In this document: positions 16,082-25,668 of the stretch, piece after piece | Position numbering within the stretch: position 1 is the stretch's first letter | Layout: every line of letters starts with the position of its first letter | From: an uncultured bacterium | GTDB taxonomy: Bacteria; Patescibacteriota; Patescibacteriia; UBA1558; GWA2-36-10 | Assembly: GCA_903855135.1 (NCBI GenBank) | Contig: CAINYB010000027.1 | Span: 18,679-82,678 of the forward strand | Reading direction: 5' to 3' | Length of the DNA: 64,000 nt | Notes under the pieces: generated by a model | What the model saw: the letters and a program-made list of their open reading frames with translations, nothing else | What the model was told of the DNA's origin: nothing | The model's database searches: none | Position numbers and translations under genes: made by a program

Positions 16082-17533
16082 ATGGCCGAAGAAGTAGTTT
16101 TGAGATTTAGTGATGTCACCTTTGAATATCGAGAAAGACAGCCCATCCTAGATGAGGTGAGTTTTAGTGTGCGTAGAGGTGCAAAAATCACTCTGATGGG
16201 TCAAAATGGTGCTGGTAAGAGCACAATTTTTAATTTGATCAAAGGTAGCTTAAAGCCAAAGAGTGGCCAGGTTTCTTATCAAAATGATGCGACGATTGCT
16301 ACCGCGCAACAAATGATCGCTCGAGAAGATTATTCTTTAAGTATAGCTGAATATTTTGCTAAAGCTTTTACCCAAGTAATTCCTGGCTTAAAAAGTCAGA
16401 TTGCCAAAGTATTAGAAGCGGTGAATCTGGATGTAGACATGGAAAGAAAAGTTGGTGATTTGTCCGGTGGACAGCAGGCTAGATTATTATTAGCTTTTGC
16501 TTTGATCCAAAATCCGGATATTTTATTATTAGACGAGCCAACTAATAATCTCGATGAAGCGGGGATTGATCACCTGGTACAGTTTTTGATCATGTATGAT
16601 AAGACCGTGATCGTCATTTCTCATGACGCGGATTTTTTAAACTGTTTTACTGAAGGTGTTATTTACCTAGATGTTCATACTAAAAAAATAGAAAATTATG
16701 TCGGTGACTATTATTCAGTGGTAGAAGAGATAGCTAAGCGTATCGAAAGAGAAATCAAAAAAAATGCACAGCTAGAAAAAACTATCCAAGATCGTAAAGA
16801 TAAAGTGAATTTTTTTGCGAACAAAGGTGGTAAGATGAGACAGTTAGCTAGAAAACTCAAAGAAGAAACAGAAGTTTTGGAAGAAAATAAAGTAGACGTC
16901 AGACGTGATGATAAAGTAATCAGAGATTTTGAAATTCCTCGTCAAGATATCGTCGGTGAGCTAGTAAATATCCAAACAGTCAAAATCATCAAAAACCATG
17001 AGCCGGTTATTAAAAAAGTAGAGAAAATTTTGCGCAATCAAACTCGCATGCTAGTTTCTGGTCCAAATGGTATCGGTAAAAGTACGCTCTTAAGATCACT
17101 AGTAGAAAATAAGGAAGAAGGTGCAAAAATAAAGCCAGAGGTGATCATCGGCTATTATAGCCAAAATTTTTCTAACTTAGACTTTGATCAAACCGTGATG
17201 GAATCTTTAGAGAGTGTGCGTCTAGATGGCTATAGCGTCCAAGATATGCGCTCAATGGCGGCTGGCTTTTTGATCACTGGAGATTTGATGGGTCGCAAAA
17301 TAGGCGAGCTGTCCGAAGGGCAAAAAGGTTTATTGGCTTTTGCTAGATTAGTTTTGATGAAACCAGGTTTATTGATTTTAGACGAGCCGACTAATCATAT
17401 CAATTTTCGTCACATTCCAGTGATTGCCAAAGCTTTGAATCATTATGAAGGAGCTATTATTTTGATCAGTCATATGCCGGATTTTGTCAAAGAAATAAAA
17501 ATCAATGAATATCTAGATTTAGGTAAATTATAG
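16082..17533 (+). CDS. ABC-F family ATPase (two fused NBDs, no TMD)
   Basis: two Walker A (GQNGAGKST, GPNGIGKST), two signature motifs (LSGGQQ, LSEGQK), two Walker B (LLLDEPT, LILDEPT), charged inter-domain linker. Confidence 0.85.
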   Translation: MAEEVVLRFSDVTFEYRERQPILDEVSFSVRRGAKITLMGQNGAGKSTIFNLIKGSLKPKSGQVSYQNDATIATAQQMIAREDYSLSIAEYFAKAFTQVIPGLKSQIAKVLEAVNLDVDMERKVGDLSGGQQARLLLAFALIQNPDILLLDEPTNNLDEAGIDHLVQFLIMYDKTVIVISHDADFLNCFTEGVIYLDVHTKKIENYVGDYYSVVEEIAKRIEREIKKNAQLEKTIQDRKDKVNFFANKGGKMRQLARKLKEETEVLEENKVDVRRDDKVIRDFEIPRQDIVGELVNIQTVKIIKNHEPVIKKVEKILRNQTRMLVSGPNGIGKSTLLRSLVENKEEGAKIKPEVIIGYYSQNFSNLDFDQTVMESLESVRLDGYSVQDMRSMAAGFLITGDLMGRKIGELSEGQKGLLAFARLVLMKPGLLILDEPTNHINFRHIPVIAKALNHYEGAIILISHMPDFVKEIKINEYLDLGKL

Positions 17534-17697
17534 TTGTGATTTGACAAAAATTGAGTTTTATACTTATATTAAGGTATGAGTTACCAAAAACACAATAACA
17601 ATAATAATGATAATAACCGATTCATGGACCGGTAATTTTTGGTATTTAATTTTAAATTTCAAAACCGGTCCCAAAAGGACCGGTTTTTTTGTCTTAT

Positions 17698-17772
17698 TCC
17701 CCTGTAGTTCAAAGGTAGAACGTTGCACTGTTAATGCAAATGTTGCAGGTTCGAGTCCTGCTGGGGGAGCCA
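17698..17772 (+). tRNA. tRNA-Asn (anticodon GUU)
   Basis: cloverleaf by hand: anticodon loop CUGUUAA, T-arm GCAGGUUCGAGUCCUGC, encoded CCA; preceded by hairpin terminator 17657-17692. Confidence 0.9.
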
Positions 17773-17844
17773 AATAATTAAAGAAATTTCCCTTGTATTT
17801 TTCTCTGATTTTAGGTATTATTTAATCAAGTTTTTATAAATTTT

Positions 17845-19134
17845 ATGGAAAAAGTATTAATCAAAGATTTAGCAAAATTCGTTGATCAGGAAGTTAAAAT
17901 CCAGGCTTGGGTGGCTAATTTTCGCTCTAGTGGCAAAATTGCTTTTTGGCAATTACGCGACGGCTCTGGTTTTGTGCAAGCTATTTTGAATTCAGCAGAT
18001 TTAGCGGCTGATAAATGGGAAGAAACAGGAAAAGTCACTTTAGAAACTTCAGTGGAGCTAGAAGCGACCGTTTCCAAACATCCAAAGAAAGAGGAATATG
18101 AGCTACAAGTCAAAAATTTTGCGTTTATTCAGATTGCTTCAGAATACCCGATAGCCAAAAAAGAACATGGTGTTGATTTTCTGATGGACAATAGACATTT
18201 ATGGCTTCGTTCTAGTCACCAATGGGCAATTATGCGCGTGCGTAATACTTTGATTTCCGCTACTTATGATTTTTTTAGAGAAAATAATTTTATCAAAATA
18301 GATTCTCCGATTTTGACACCAAATGCTTGTGAAGGCACGACAGAATTATTTGAGCTAGATTATTTTGATGATAAGGCTTATTTATCCCAAAGTGGACAAT
18401 TATATTTAGAAGCAGCAATTTTTGCTCACGGACGGGTATTTGATTTTGGGCCTGTGTTTAGAGCAGAAAAATCAAAGACCAGAAGACATTTGGCTGAATT
18501 TTGGATGATGGATGCGGAAATGGCTTTTTGTGATTTGGCAGAAAATTTAGAGACCCAAGAAAAATTAATTCGTTTCATGGTCTCGGCTGTGTTAGAAAAA
18601 AATAAAGCAGAACTTGCTATTTTAGAGCGTGATCTTATGCCATTGGAAAATATCTTGAAACCGTTTCACAAAATCACTCATGATGAAGCAGTCAAGCAAT
18701 TGCAATCTTTGGGCTCTGATATCAAGTCAGGAGAAGATCTAGGAGCTGATGATGAAACTATTTTGACTAAGCAGTATGATAATCCAATTTTTGTCACGCA
18801 TTATCCGAGAAGTATAAAGGCTTTTTATATGAAGCCAGATCCAAAAAATCCAGATAGAGCTTTGTGCGCTGATTTACTAGCACCTGAAGGCTACGGCGAA
18901 ATCATCGGTGGCTCACAAAGAGAAGATGATTATGACAAGTTATTACAACGCATCAAAGAGCACAAATTGCCAGAAGAAGCTTTTAAGTGGTATTTAGACT
19001 TGCGTAAATATGGCTCTGTGCCACATGGCGGTTTTGGCTTTGGTTTAGAGCGTATTGTGGCTTGGGTTTGTGGCTTGCAACATGTGAGAGAAACAATTCC
19101 TTTTGCCAGAACTATTAATCGTTTAAATCCATAA
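17845..19134 (+). CDS. asnS: asparaginyl-tRNA synthetase
   Basis: class II aaRS; FRAEKSKTRRHLAEFWMMDAEMAF (AsnRS motif 2 signature), GGSQRE, FGFGLERIVAWV motif 3; 429 aa; directly downstream of tRNA-Asn. Confidence 0.9.
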   Translation: MEKVLIKDLAKFVDQEVKIQAWVANFRSSGKIAFWQLRDGSGFVQAILNSADLAADKWEETGKVTLETSVELEATVSKHPKKEEYELQVKNFAFIQIASEYPIAKKEHGVDFLMDNRHLWLRSSHQWAIMRVRNTLISATYDFFRENNFIKIDSPILTPNACEGTTELFELDYFDDKAYLSQSGQLYLEAAIFAHGRVFDFGPVFRAEKSKTRRHLAEFWMMDAEMAFCDLAENLETQEKLIRFMVSAVLEKNKAELAILERDLMPLENILKPFHKITHDEAVKQLQSLGSDIKSGEDLGADDETILTKQYDNPIFVTHYPRSIKAFYMKPDPKNPDRALCADLLAPEGYGEIIGGSQREDDYDKLLQRIKEHKLPEEAFKWYLDLRKYGSVPHGGFGFGLERIVAWVCGLQHVRETIPFARTINRLNP

Positions 19135-19136
19135 AT

Positions 19137-19421
19137 ATGACACAATTTGAACAATTTGAAGGTTTAGAAGAAAATCATGATATAGCTAATGAAGCGGAAG
19201 AAGATTTATTAATTAATGTGAAATTATGGAAAGAAGGAGGTTGTAATCTAGGAAGACTAGCTGAATCAGAATTTATATTTGGACCATTGGCATATTTAGT
19301 AGAAAAAGGTGATCATAAATTTTCCCCAGAACTATTAGCATTATTAAGAGAAAATAGAATATTATTATCTGTAAATTCTGATATTAAAGCAGAATTAGAT
19401 AAAATTTTAGATAAAAATTAA
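19137..19421 (+). CDS. hypothetical small acidic protein
   Basis: 94 aa ORF, start 3 nt after asnS stop; no recognisable motif. Confidence 0.45.
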   Translation: MTQFEQFEGLEENHDIANEAEEDLLINVKLWKEGGCNLGRLAESEFIFGPLAYLVEKGDHKFSPELLALLRENRILLSVNSDIKAELDKILDKN

Positions 19422-19432
19422 TAAATAAATTT

Positions 19433-19657
19433 ATGCATGAAGGAGATTTTTTTCCAGAGCCAAGAGAAGAAAAACCAGCTTCAGATCAAGAACAAACAAT
19501 GAGAGATATTGAAAGAGTTGGCGTATCTAGTGCTTTGAGAATGATGACGAATTTAAAAGAATTAAGAAAACAAAGCCTTGAACCTAGTGAAGAAGTTTTA
19601 GAATCTTTATCTTTATTGAAATATCAGTTGGATGAATATTTGAAAAATGAAGAATAA
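19433..19657 (+). CDS. hypothetical small acidic protein
   Basis: 74 aa ORF, followed by hairpin terminator 19661-19684. Confidence 0.45.
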   Translation: MHEGDFFPEPREEKPASDQEQTMRDIERVGVSSALRMMTNLKELRKQSLEPSEEVLESLSLLKYQLDEYLKNEE

Positions 19658-19685
19658 TTAAGACTCGCTTATCAAGCGAGCTTTT

Positions 19686-19761
19686 GCCGAGATAGCTCAG
19701 TTGGTAGAGCAATGGTATCGTAAACCATGGGCCGCAGGTTCGACTCCTGTTCTCGGCTCCA
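19686..19761 (+). tRNA. tRNA-Thr (anticodon CGU)
   Basis: acceptor GCCGAGA/UCUCGGC, D-arm GCUCAGUUGGUAGAGC, anticodon loop AUCGUAA, encoded CCA. Confidence 0.9.
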
Positions 19762-19788
19762 GCATTAAAAATTTTAAAACAAAATTTT

Positions 19789-21513
19789 ATGGAGTTTATT
19801 ATTTTTACAGGCTTTGTAGTTATTTTGATTCTTTTGTCTAATCTTCGTGGTCGAGTTTGGAAACTAGAACAATTAGCACAAAGAAATTTAGTTCAAAACA
19901 CAGCTGAGGTTAATCATCAGACGCAAACTAATCAAACAGTAGCTGAGCCTATACCAGCTAACAACGTCACACAAACTGTTGCTGTGAATAGCGGCACAGG
20001 AACTACTTGGATCGATGATTTTACTGATTGGGCCAAAGAAGATTGGCTACTGAAATTAGGTGCATTACTTTTGATCATTGGTTTTGGCTGGCTGACAACT
20101 TATGCTTTTTTAAACAACTGGATCGGTCCAATGGGTCGCATTACCCTAGGTATTATAGCCGGTTCATTATTTATTTTACTTGGCTATTGGAGAATCAAAA
20201 ATTATATCAATCAAGGAAGTGTATTTTTGGTGCTCGGTTCTACTGTTATCTTATTGACAGTCTTTGCTGCTCGTGAAGTGTATGATTTTTTCACTCCGCT
20301 ATCAGCTTTAGTTCTGATGTTTTTAAGTACCTCATTTGTTGCTTTTGCTAGTGTGAAATATAATAGCCGCGCCTTAGCTTTGATGAGTCTAGTGCTAGCT
20401 GGCATAGCACCACTATTGATAGCGGCACCAGCTAATGATTATGTTGCAAGATTTACTTATTTATTTGTTGTTATACTTGGGGCTATTTGGATAGTAGCTT
20501 TGACTGGTAGACGCGAGTTGATTACAGCTGCTTTGATATTGATAACTTTTTATAGTTTACCGCATTTTTTTAGCTCGTATTTGGTAGACACAGAAAAATT
20601 ATTATTTTTTTCTTATGCTTTTACTTCGGTATTTTTTATTACTAGTATTTTGGGAATTATCAAACAGCCAGACAAAAATATCAGCACAGATCTTTTGACC
20701 TCTGGCGCTAATGGTTTATTTTTGTTGGCCTGGATTATGACCGCTGCTCCTGATGAGTGGAAAAGTTTGATTATCGCTGCTTGGATGATTGTTTTTGCAG
20801 TTGGTGCATTTTTAATCTTTAAAATTACCAGTAGAAAAGAGCCATTTTATGTATATGCCGGTATTTGTATCGCTTTGCTTGCTGCTGCTACTTCAGCTGA
20901 ATTAAGTGGCGAAACTTTGACGATTGCTTATACCATCGAAAGTGCTGTTATCGCTATTATTTCATTTTTAGTTTTGCGAGATGTTCAAATTGCTCAAAGA
21001 ATTAACTTTTTATTTATTGTGCCAATCATGCTTTCATTTGATAGCATGAGCTCTAGAGTGTGGAGGACAAGCGTTTTTCATAAAGAATTTTTCGTTTTAT
21101 TGGTTTTAGGCTTAGTTTTGATGGGACTTGGTTGGTTTTTCTTGGAGCTTTTTCGTGAAGCTGCAGATAAAAAACACAAAGAGATTAGCGCTGCTTTGCT
21201 AATCATCGGTTCTATCTATACGTATATTCTTTTGTGGCTTTCTTTGCACGCCGCTTTATTAAATAATGACACAGCTACCATGCTTTCTTTGGTTGTTTAT
21301 ACTATTGTTGGTTTGATGATATATTTTTATAGTCTGACCAATGGAGGTAAAATTTTACGTTTATACAGTGGTTTATTACTCGGCTTTGTTATTTTAAGAC
21401 TACTTTTTGTGGATATCTGGAGGATGGCTTTAGCTGGCCGAGTAGTTACTTTCTTTGTGATTGGCTTGATGCTGGTAGCTACAGCATTTTTAGGTAAAAG
21501 AAAACAAAATTAA
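19789..21513 (+). CDS. polytopic integral membrane protein (function unknown)
   Basis: 574 aa; N-terminal TM, Gln/Thr-rich linker, then >10 TM helices. Confidence 0.6.
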   Translation: MEFIIFTGFVVILILLSNLRGRVWKLEQLAQRNLVQNTAEVNHQTQTNQTVAEPIPANNVTQTVAVNSGTGTTWIDDFTDWAKEDWLLKLGALLLIIGFGWLTTYAFLNNWIGPMGRITLGIIAGSLFILLGYWRIKNYINQGSVFLVLGSTVILLTVFAAREVYDFFTPLSALVLMFLSTSFVAFASVKYNSRALALMSLVLAGIAPLLIAAPANDYVARFTYLFVVILGAIWIVALTGRRELITAALILITFYSLPHFFSSYLVDTEKLLFFSYAFTSVFFITSILGIIKQPDKNISTDLLTSGANGLFLLAWIMTAAPDEWKSLIIAAWMIVFAVGAFLIFKITSRKEPFYVYAGICIALLAAATSAELSGETLTIAYTIESAVIAIISFLVLRDVQIAQRINFLFIVPIMLSFDSMSSRVWRTSVFHKEFFVLLVLGLVLMGLGWFFLELFREAADKKHKEISAALLIIGSIYTYILLWLSLHAALLNNDTATMLSLVVYTIVGLMIYFYSLTNGGKILRLYSGLLLGFVILRLLFVDIWRMALAGRVVTFFVIGLMLVATAFLGKRKQN

Positions 21514-21536
21514 TTATTATAGGCGAAATTAAATTT

Positions 21537-22691
21537 ATGAAATTTAAAACATTAGCTTTATTCATTTTTACATGCGTAATAGCTGCAACAGCAAATGCGC
21601 AAGCCTTACCAAAAAATCAAAATTCAGAAGCTATTTCGGCTTTTCGTTTGTATAAAGAAGTTGGAAATTTGCAAATAGCTACGCCAACAGTTGTAGAACT
21701 ACCTTTTTCTAATGATTTGTTAGAGCGTTTTGAGTTTGCGGTGCTTGATAAAAATACTAATACTTTTGAGCCCTATTTTTTCCAACAAAAAAATATGATC
21801 AATGCGTCGCCAGTATCTATCAGCACAAGTCCTAGTACTAGCAACGCTAGTATGATGAATGATAATAATACTAAGACATATACAGATTTTATTTTGCCTG
21901 AGGATACTCAGGGCAATGTCAAGATTACTATTTCTAGTGCAAATGCGATCACTTCTTCAGCCTTGACGACTTTGCTAGCTAATAATGTTTCTTTGCCAAA
22001 CTATGTGGAAATTCGTGCGCAAGTTGCTGGAGAAAATAGAATCATAGTAGCAAGCAAAAGAATGGAAGGCCAAACTATTAATTTCCCTCAAACTACTTCA
22101 AATAAATGGACGATTACCTTTTTATTTGGACAGCCACTGCGTATCAGTGAGTTGAGATTAAAACAGGATGATTATACACAAACTAGTTCTCAAACTTTGA
22201 AATTTTTAGCCCAGCCAGCTCATAATTATAGAGTTTATTTTGAGCCAGATAGATCGGCTAATATCAAGGTTGGTGAAGCTGGTAATTTAGTTTCAGCGGA
22301 AGAAGTTTTTGTTTTAGATCCGGTGGCTTCTCAAAATAATCCAGCGTATGTGATCGCTGATATCGACGGTGATAAAATTCCAGATATTCGGGATAATTGT
22401 GTAGAAATAGCAAATTTTGATCAGCAAGATATAAATAGCAATGGTCGTGGCGATGTCTGCGATGATTTTGATAAAGATGGCATTAATAATGAAATAGATA
22501 ATTGCCAAAATAATCCAAATCGTAATCAAGCAGACACTGATGGTGATGATATCGGTGATGTCTGTGATACAGAAGAAAGTAGGATCACCGAACGTAATGC
22601 TTGGCTACCTTGGGCGGGCATAGTTTTTGCGGTAATTGTTTTGGTGGTTTTATTAATTTTGACAGCTAAATCAAATAGTACTAAACAATAA
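21537..22691 (+). CDS. secreted, C-terminally membrane-anchored protein with thrombospondin type-3-like Ca-binding repeats
   Basis: signal peptide ...ATANAQA; tandem DxDxDGxxDxxDNC motifs (DIDGDKIPDIRDNC, DKDGINNEIDNC, DTDGDDIGDVCD); C-terminal TM + basic tail. Confidence 0.7.
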   Translation: MKFKTLALFIFTCVIAATANAQALPKNQNSEAISAFRLYKEVGNLQIATPTVVELPFSNDLLERFEFAVLDKNTNTFEPYFFQQKNMINASPVSISTSPSTSNASMMNDNNTKTYTDFILPEDTQGNVKITISSANAITSSALTTLLANNVSLPNYVEIRAQVAGENRIIVASKRMEGQTINFPQTTSNKWTITFLFGQPLRISELRLKQDDYTQTSSQTLKFLAQPAHNYRVYFEPDRSANIKVGEAGNLVSAEEVFVLDPVASQNNPAYVIADIDGDKIPDIRDNCVEIANFDQQDINSNGRGDVCDDFDKDGINNEIDNCQNNPNRNQADTDGDDIGDVCDTEESRITERNAWLPWAGIVFAVIVLVVLLILTAKSNSTKQ

Positions 22692-22752
22692 CAATCAATT
22701 TTTGAGGCTTATCCCGCCTTCGGCGGGATATAGCTCCAGAGTAAACAATTTT

Positions 22753-24165
22753 ATGAAAAATTATATCAAAGAAACAGTCAATCTGAGTATTGGCACAGAA
22801 GTTATTCTAAAAGGTTGGGTGCATGTTTATCGTCGCATGGGTAAACTAGGTTTTATTGAGCTTAGAGATTCTACTGGCATTGTCCAAATCGTTTGTGTGC
22901 CAAACGAAATGACTTTAGGTGCAGATATTTTAGATAACATCAGACCAGAGTTTGTTTTGAGTATCAAAGGCATTATCCAGGAGCGTGGCGAAAAACAAAA
23001 GCGCGAAGATCAGCTTACTGGTAAAATAGAAATTTTAGCCAAAGAATTAGAAATAATTTCTGAAAGCGCAACACCGCCATTTGAAATAAACAATGAAGAT
23101 AGACAAGCTAATGAAGAATTAAGATTAAAATATCGTTATTTAGATTTACGCCACGAACGCATGGCTTCTAATATAAAACTTAGACATAAAATCATTCATT
23201 TTTTTCGTAATTATCTAAGTGACAAAGATTTTACTGAAATTCAAACACCGATTTTATCAAAATCTACTCCAGAAGGTGCACGTGATTATCTGGTGCCATC
23301 TCGTTTGCATCCAGGTCAATTTTTTGCTTTACCACAAGCTCCACAGCAGTATAAACAGCTTTTGATGGTAGCTGGTTTTGAAAGATATTTTCAAATTGCT
23401 CCGTGTTTTCGTGATGAAGATGCTCGAGCTGACAGAAGTCCAGGAGAGTTTTATCAGCTAGATATGGAAATGTCTTTTGTGAAACAAGAAGATATTTTAA
23501 ATTTAGTGGAAGACATGATTACTAGTATGGTGGAAAAATTATTTCCTGAAAAGCACTTTTTAGCCAAGCCATGGCCAAGGCTAAATTATGATGATGTAAT
23601 GGCTAAATATAATTCAGATAAACCAGATTTACGCAAAGATAAAAATGATCCAAATGAATTAGCTTTTGCTTGGGTACTCAACTTTCCTTTGTTTATGAAA
23701 CAAACCGAAGAAGATATGTTTGTTGGCGCTGGGAAAGTCTGGGGACCATCACATAACATGTTTACTGCTCCAAAAGAAGAAGACATTCAGTTTTTAGACA
23801 CTGATCCTGGTAAAGTAAAGTCTTATCAGCACGATATGATCTTGAATGGTTTTGAAGTTGGTGGCGGTGCGGTGCGTATTCATGATAGTAAATTGCAGGA
23901 AAAGATTTGGGATTTGATCGGTTTTACTGAAGAGCAAAAACAACAATTCAAACATTATATTTCCGCTTTTAGCTATGGTGTACCACCACATGGTGGCATT
24001 GCACCTGGCTTGGATAGATTACTTATGGTTTTATTAGGCGAAAAGAGCTTAAAAGAAGCTATTGCTTTTCCACTGACTTCAGATGGTCGTGATCCAATGA
24101 TGGAATCACCAAGTACAGTCACTCAAGAACAGCTTGATGAGCTAAATTTAAGTTTAAATAAATAA
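22753..24165 (+). CDS. aspS: aspartyl-tRNA synthetase (short archaeal/eukaryal-type, possibly non-discriminating)
   Basis: QAPQQYKQLLMVAGFERYFQIAPCFRDEDARADRSPGEFYQLDMEMSF (AspRS motif 2), GGGAVRIHD, GIAPGLDRLLM motif 3; no large insertion domain; start chosen at MKNYIKE (22753) after terminator hairpin. Confidence 0.9.
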   Translation: MKNYIKETVNLSIGTEVILKGWVHVYRRMGKLGFIELRDSTGIVQIVCVPNEMTLGADILDNIRPEFVLSIKGIIQERGEKQKREDQLTGKIEILAKELEIISESATPPFEINNEDRQANEELRLKYRYLDLRHERMASNIKLRHKIIHFFRNYLSDKDFTEIQTPILSKSTPEGARDYLVPSRLHPGQFFALPQAPQQYKQLLMVAGFERYFQIAPCFRDEDARADRSPGEFYQLDMEMSFVKQEDILNLVEDMITSMVEKLFPEKHFLAKPWPRLNYDDVMAKYNSDKPDLRKDKNDPNELAFAWVLNFPLFMKQTEEDMFVGAGKVWGPSHNMFTAPKEEDIQFLDTDPGKVKSYQHDMILNGFEVGGGAVRIHDSKLQEKIWDLIGFTEEQKQQFKHYISAFSYGVPPHGGIAPGLDRLLMVLLGEKSLKEAIAFPLTSDGRDPMMESPSTVTQEQLDELNLSLNK

Positions 24166-24176
24166 AAAATAATTTT

Positions 24177-24959
24177 ATGAAAAGAAGAATATTATATCCA
24201 GCACTTTTATTGATTTTCATGGCTTTAGTGGTCTTTATGGTTTTATACCTTTTTATTTTACCTGGTGATTCTGATCTAGGTGCTGCTGTTTTTTTTATGT
24301 CTCTTGTGGGCCTAATAGCATTTATTTATGTTTTAATATTTATTATTTATGAAATTAAACATAAAAATTTAGGTCAAAATATTTTAATCAAAACTAATTT
24401 AATTTATAAAATTATTATTTTTTTGATTATATTAGTAAATATCGTATATGTACCTATTTATTTGTTGCTTTTAGAATTTAATAGATCAAAATACTATGTG
24501 TTTGATATAGCAGCATGGTTGCTTGCTTGGTTATTTGTTTTGGGTGTATTACATTTTCATAAAAAATTGATAAATAAAAATCTTTTAAAAGGACACTATT
24601 TTAATATAGTGACGACAGTATTAATGATGGCCTCTATTGCAACTTGCATTGGTTTGATTGACCAAGAATGGCAGCAGACTTTGAGGCATGAGCGTCGTAA
24701 TCTTGCATTTAAGACTACATATGCGGAAAATGATCTAGCTAAATGCGTACGCTTAACAGACAATGCGGAGCAGTGTGTGTTATATTTTTTGCATGAATCA
24801 AAAAATCCAGCTATTTGTAAGGGTGATTTTATAAGTACATGCGTACGCTATTTTTCGAGGGGGTCAAAAAATTCAGCTACTTGTGATGAGTACTTATCGT
24901 ATAATTCAGATTTCATTGATATTAACAGCCTTATTTCTGCTTGCGGGTGGCCAAATTAA
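24177..24959 (+). CDS. membrane protein with Cys-rich extracytoplasmic C-terminal region
   Basis: 4 N-terminal TM helices; C-terminal CxxxxxxxxC repeats (CVRLTDNAEQC, CKGDFISTC, CDEYLS...C). Confidence 0.55.
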   Translation: MKRRILYPALLLIFMALVVFMVLYLFILPGDSDLGAAVFFMSLVGLIAFIYVLIFIIYEIKHKNLGQNILIKTNLIYKIIIFLIILVNIVYVPIYLLLLEFNRSKYYVFDIAAWLLAWLFVLGVLHFHKKLINKNLLKGHYFNIVTTVLMMASIATCIGLIDQEWQQTLRHERRNLAFKTTYAENDLAKCVRLTDNAEQCVLYFLHESKNPAICKGDFISTCVRYFSRGSKNSATCDEYLSYNSDFIDINSLISACGWPN

Positions 24960-24967
24960 TATTTTTT

Positions 24968-25666
24968 ATGCATAAATTTTCTTTAGAACAATTTGAAGGT
25001 CCGCTTGATTTGCTATTACAGCTGATAGAAAAACAAAAGCTACAAATCACTGAAATCTCTTTGAGCCTTGTGACTGATCAATATCTAAATTATCTTGATC
25101 AAAACAAAAATATTGCCAGTGAAGAAGTGGCGGATTTTTTGTTAATTGCTTCTAAATTGATTTATTTAAAATCAAAGTATTTATTGCCAAATTTAGAGCT
25201 AGAAGCAGACGCGGAAGTCAATGATTTAGAGAAACAACTTAAAATTTATCGTCAATATTATGAAGCCAGTAAAAAATTTAATCGTTTGTGGATGAAAAAT
25301 AAAATGTCTTATGGACGTTTGTCACCATTTAAATTACCGCCACGCGAGGGATTTTTTGCACCAGCCAATTTAGACTTGATTTTGATGTCGCAATTATTTT
25401 CTGGTGTTTTAGGCAAGATAAAAGCAGTGGTAAATTTACCAAAGATTGTGATGCAAAAAGCGGTTTCTATAGGAGAAAAAATTACACACATCAGAAATTT
25501 GATTAAAAATGCGGCTAGTTTTTCTTTTCATCACTTGATTACCGAAAAAAATGATAAAACAGAAGCGATAGTCAGTTTTTTAGCGATGTTAGAATTAGTT
25601 AAACAAAGAGAAATAGAGGTCAGTCAAGATGATTTATTTGGTGAAGTAAAAATTTTTAAATATTAA
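24968..25666 (+). CDS. scpA: segregation and condensation protein A
   Basis: FEGPLDLLLQLIEKQKLQITEISLSLVTDQYL ScpA N-terminus; start at MHKFSLEQ (24968). Confidence 0.85.
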   Translation: MHKFSLEQFEGPLDLLLQLIEKQKLQITEISLSLVTDQYLNYLDQNKNIASEEVADFLLIASKLIYLKSKYLLPNLELEADAEVNDLEKQLKIYRQYYEASKKFNRLWMKNKMSYGRLSPFKLPPREGFFAPANLDLILMSQLFSGVLGKIKAVVNLPKIVMQKAVSIGEKITHIRNLIKNAASFSFHHLITEKNDKTEAIVSFLAMLELVKQREIEVSQDDLFGEVKIFKY

Positions 25667-25668
25667 TT

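Noticed and set aside
17564-17773. 69-aa minus-strand ORF
   Set aside because: Overlaps tRNA-Asn and its upstream terminator; no RBS; artefact.
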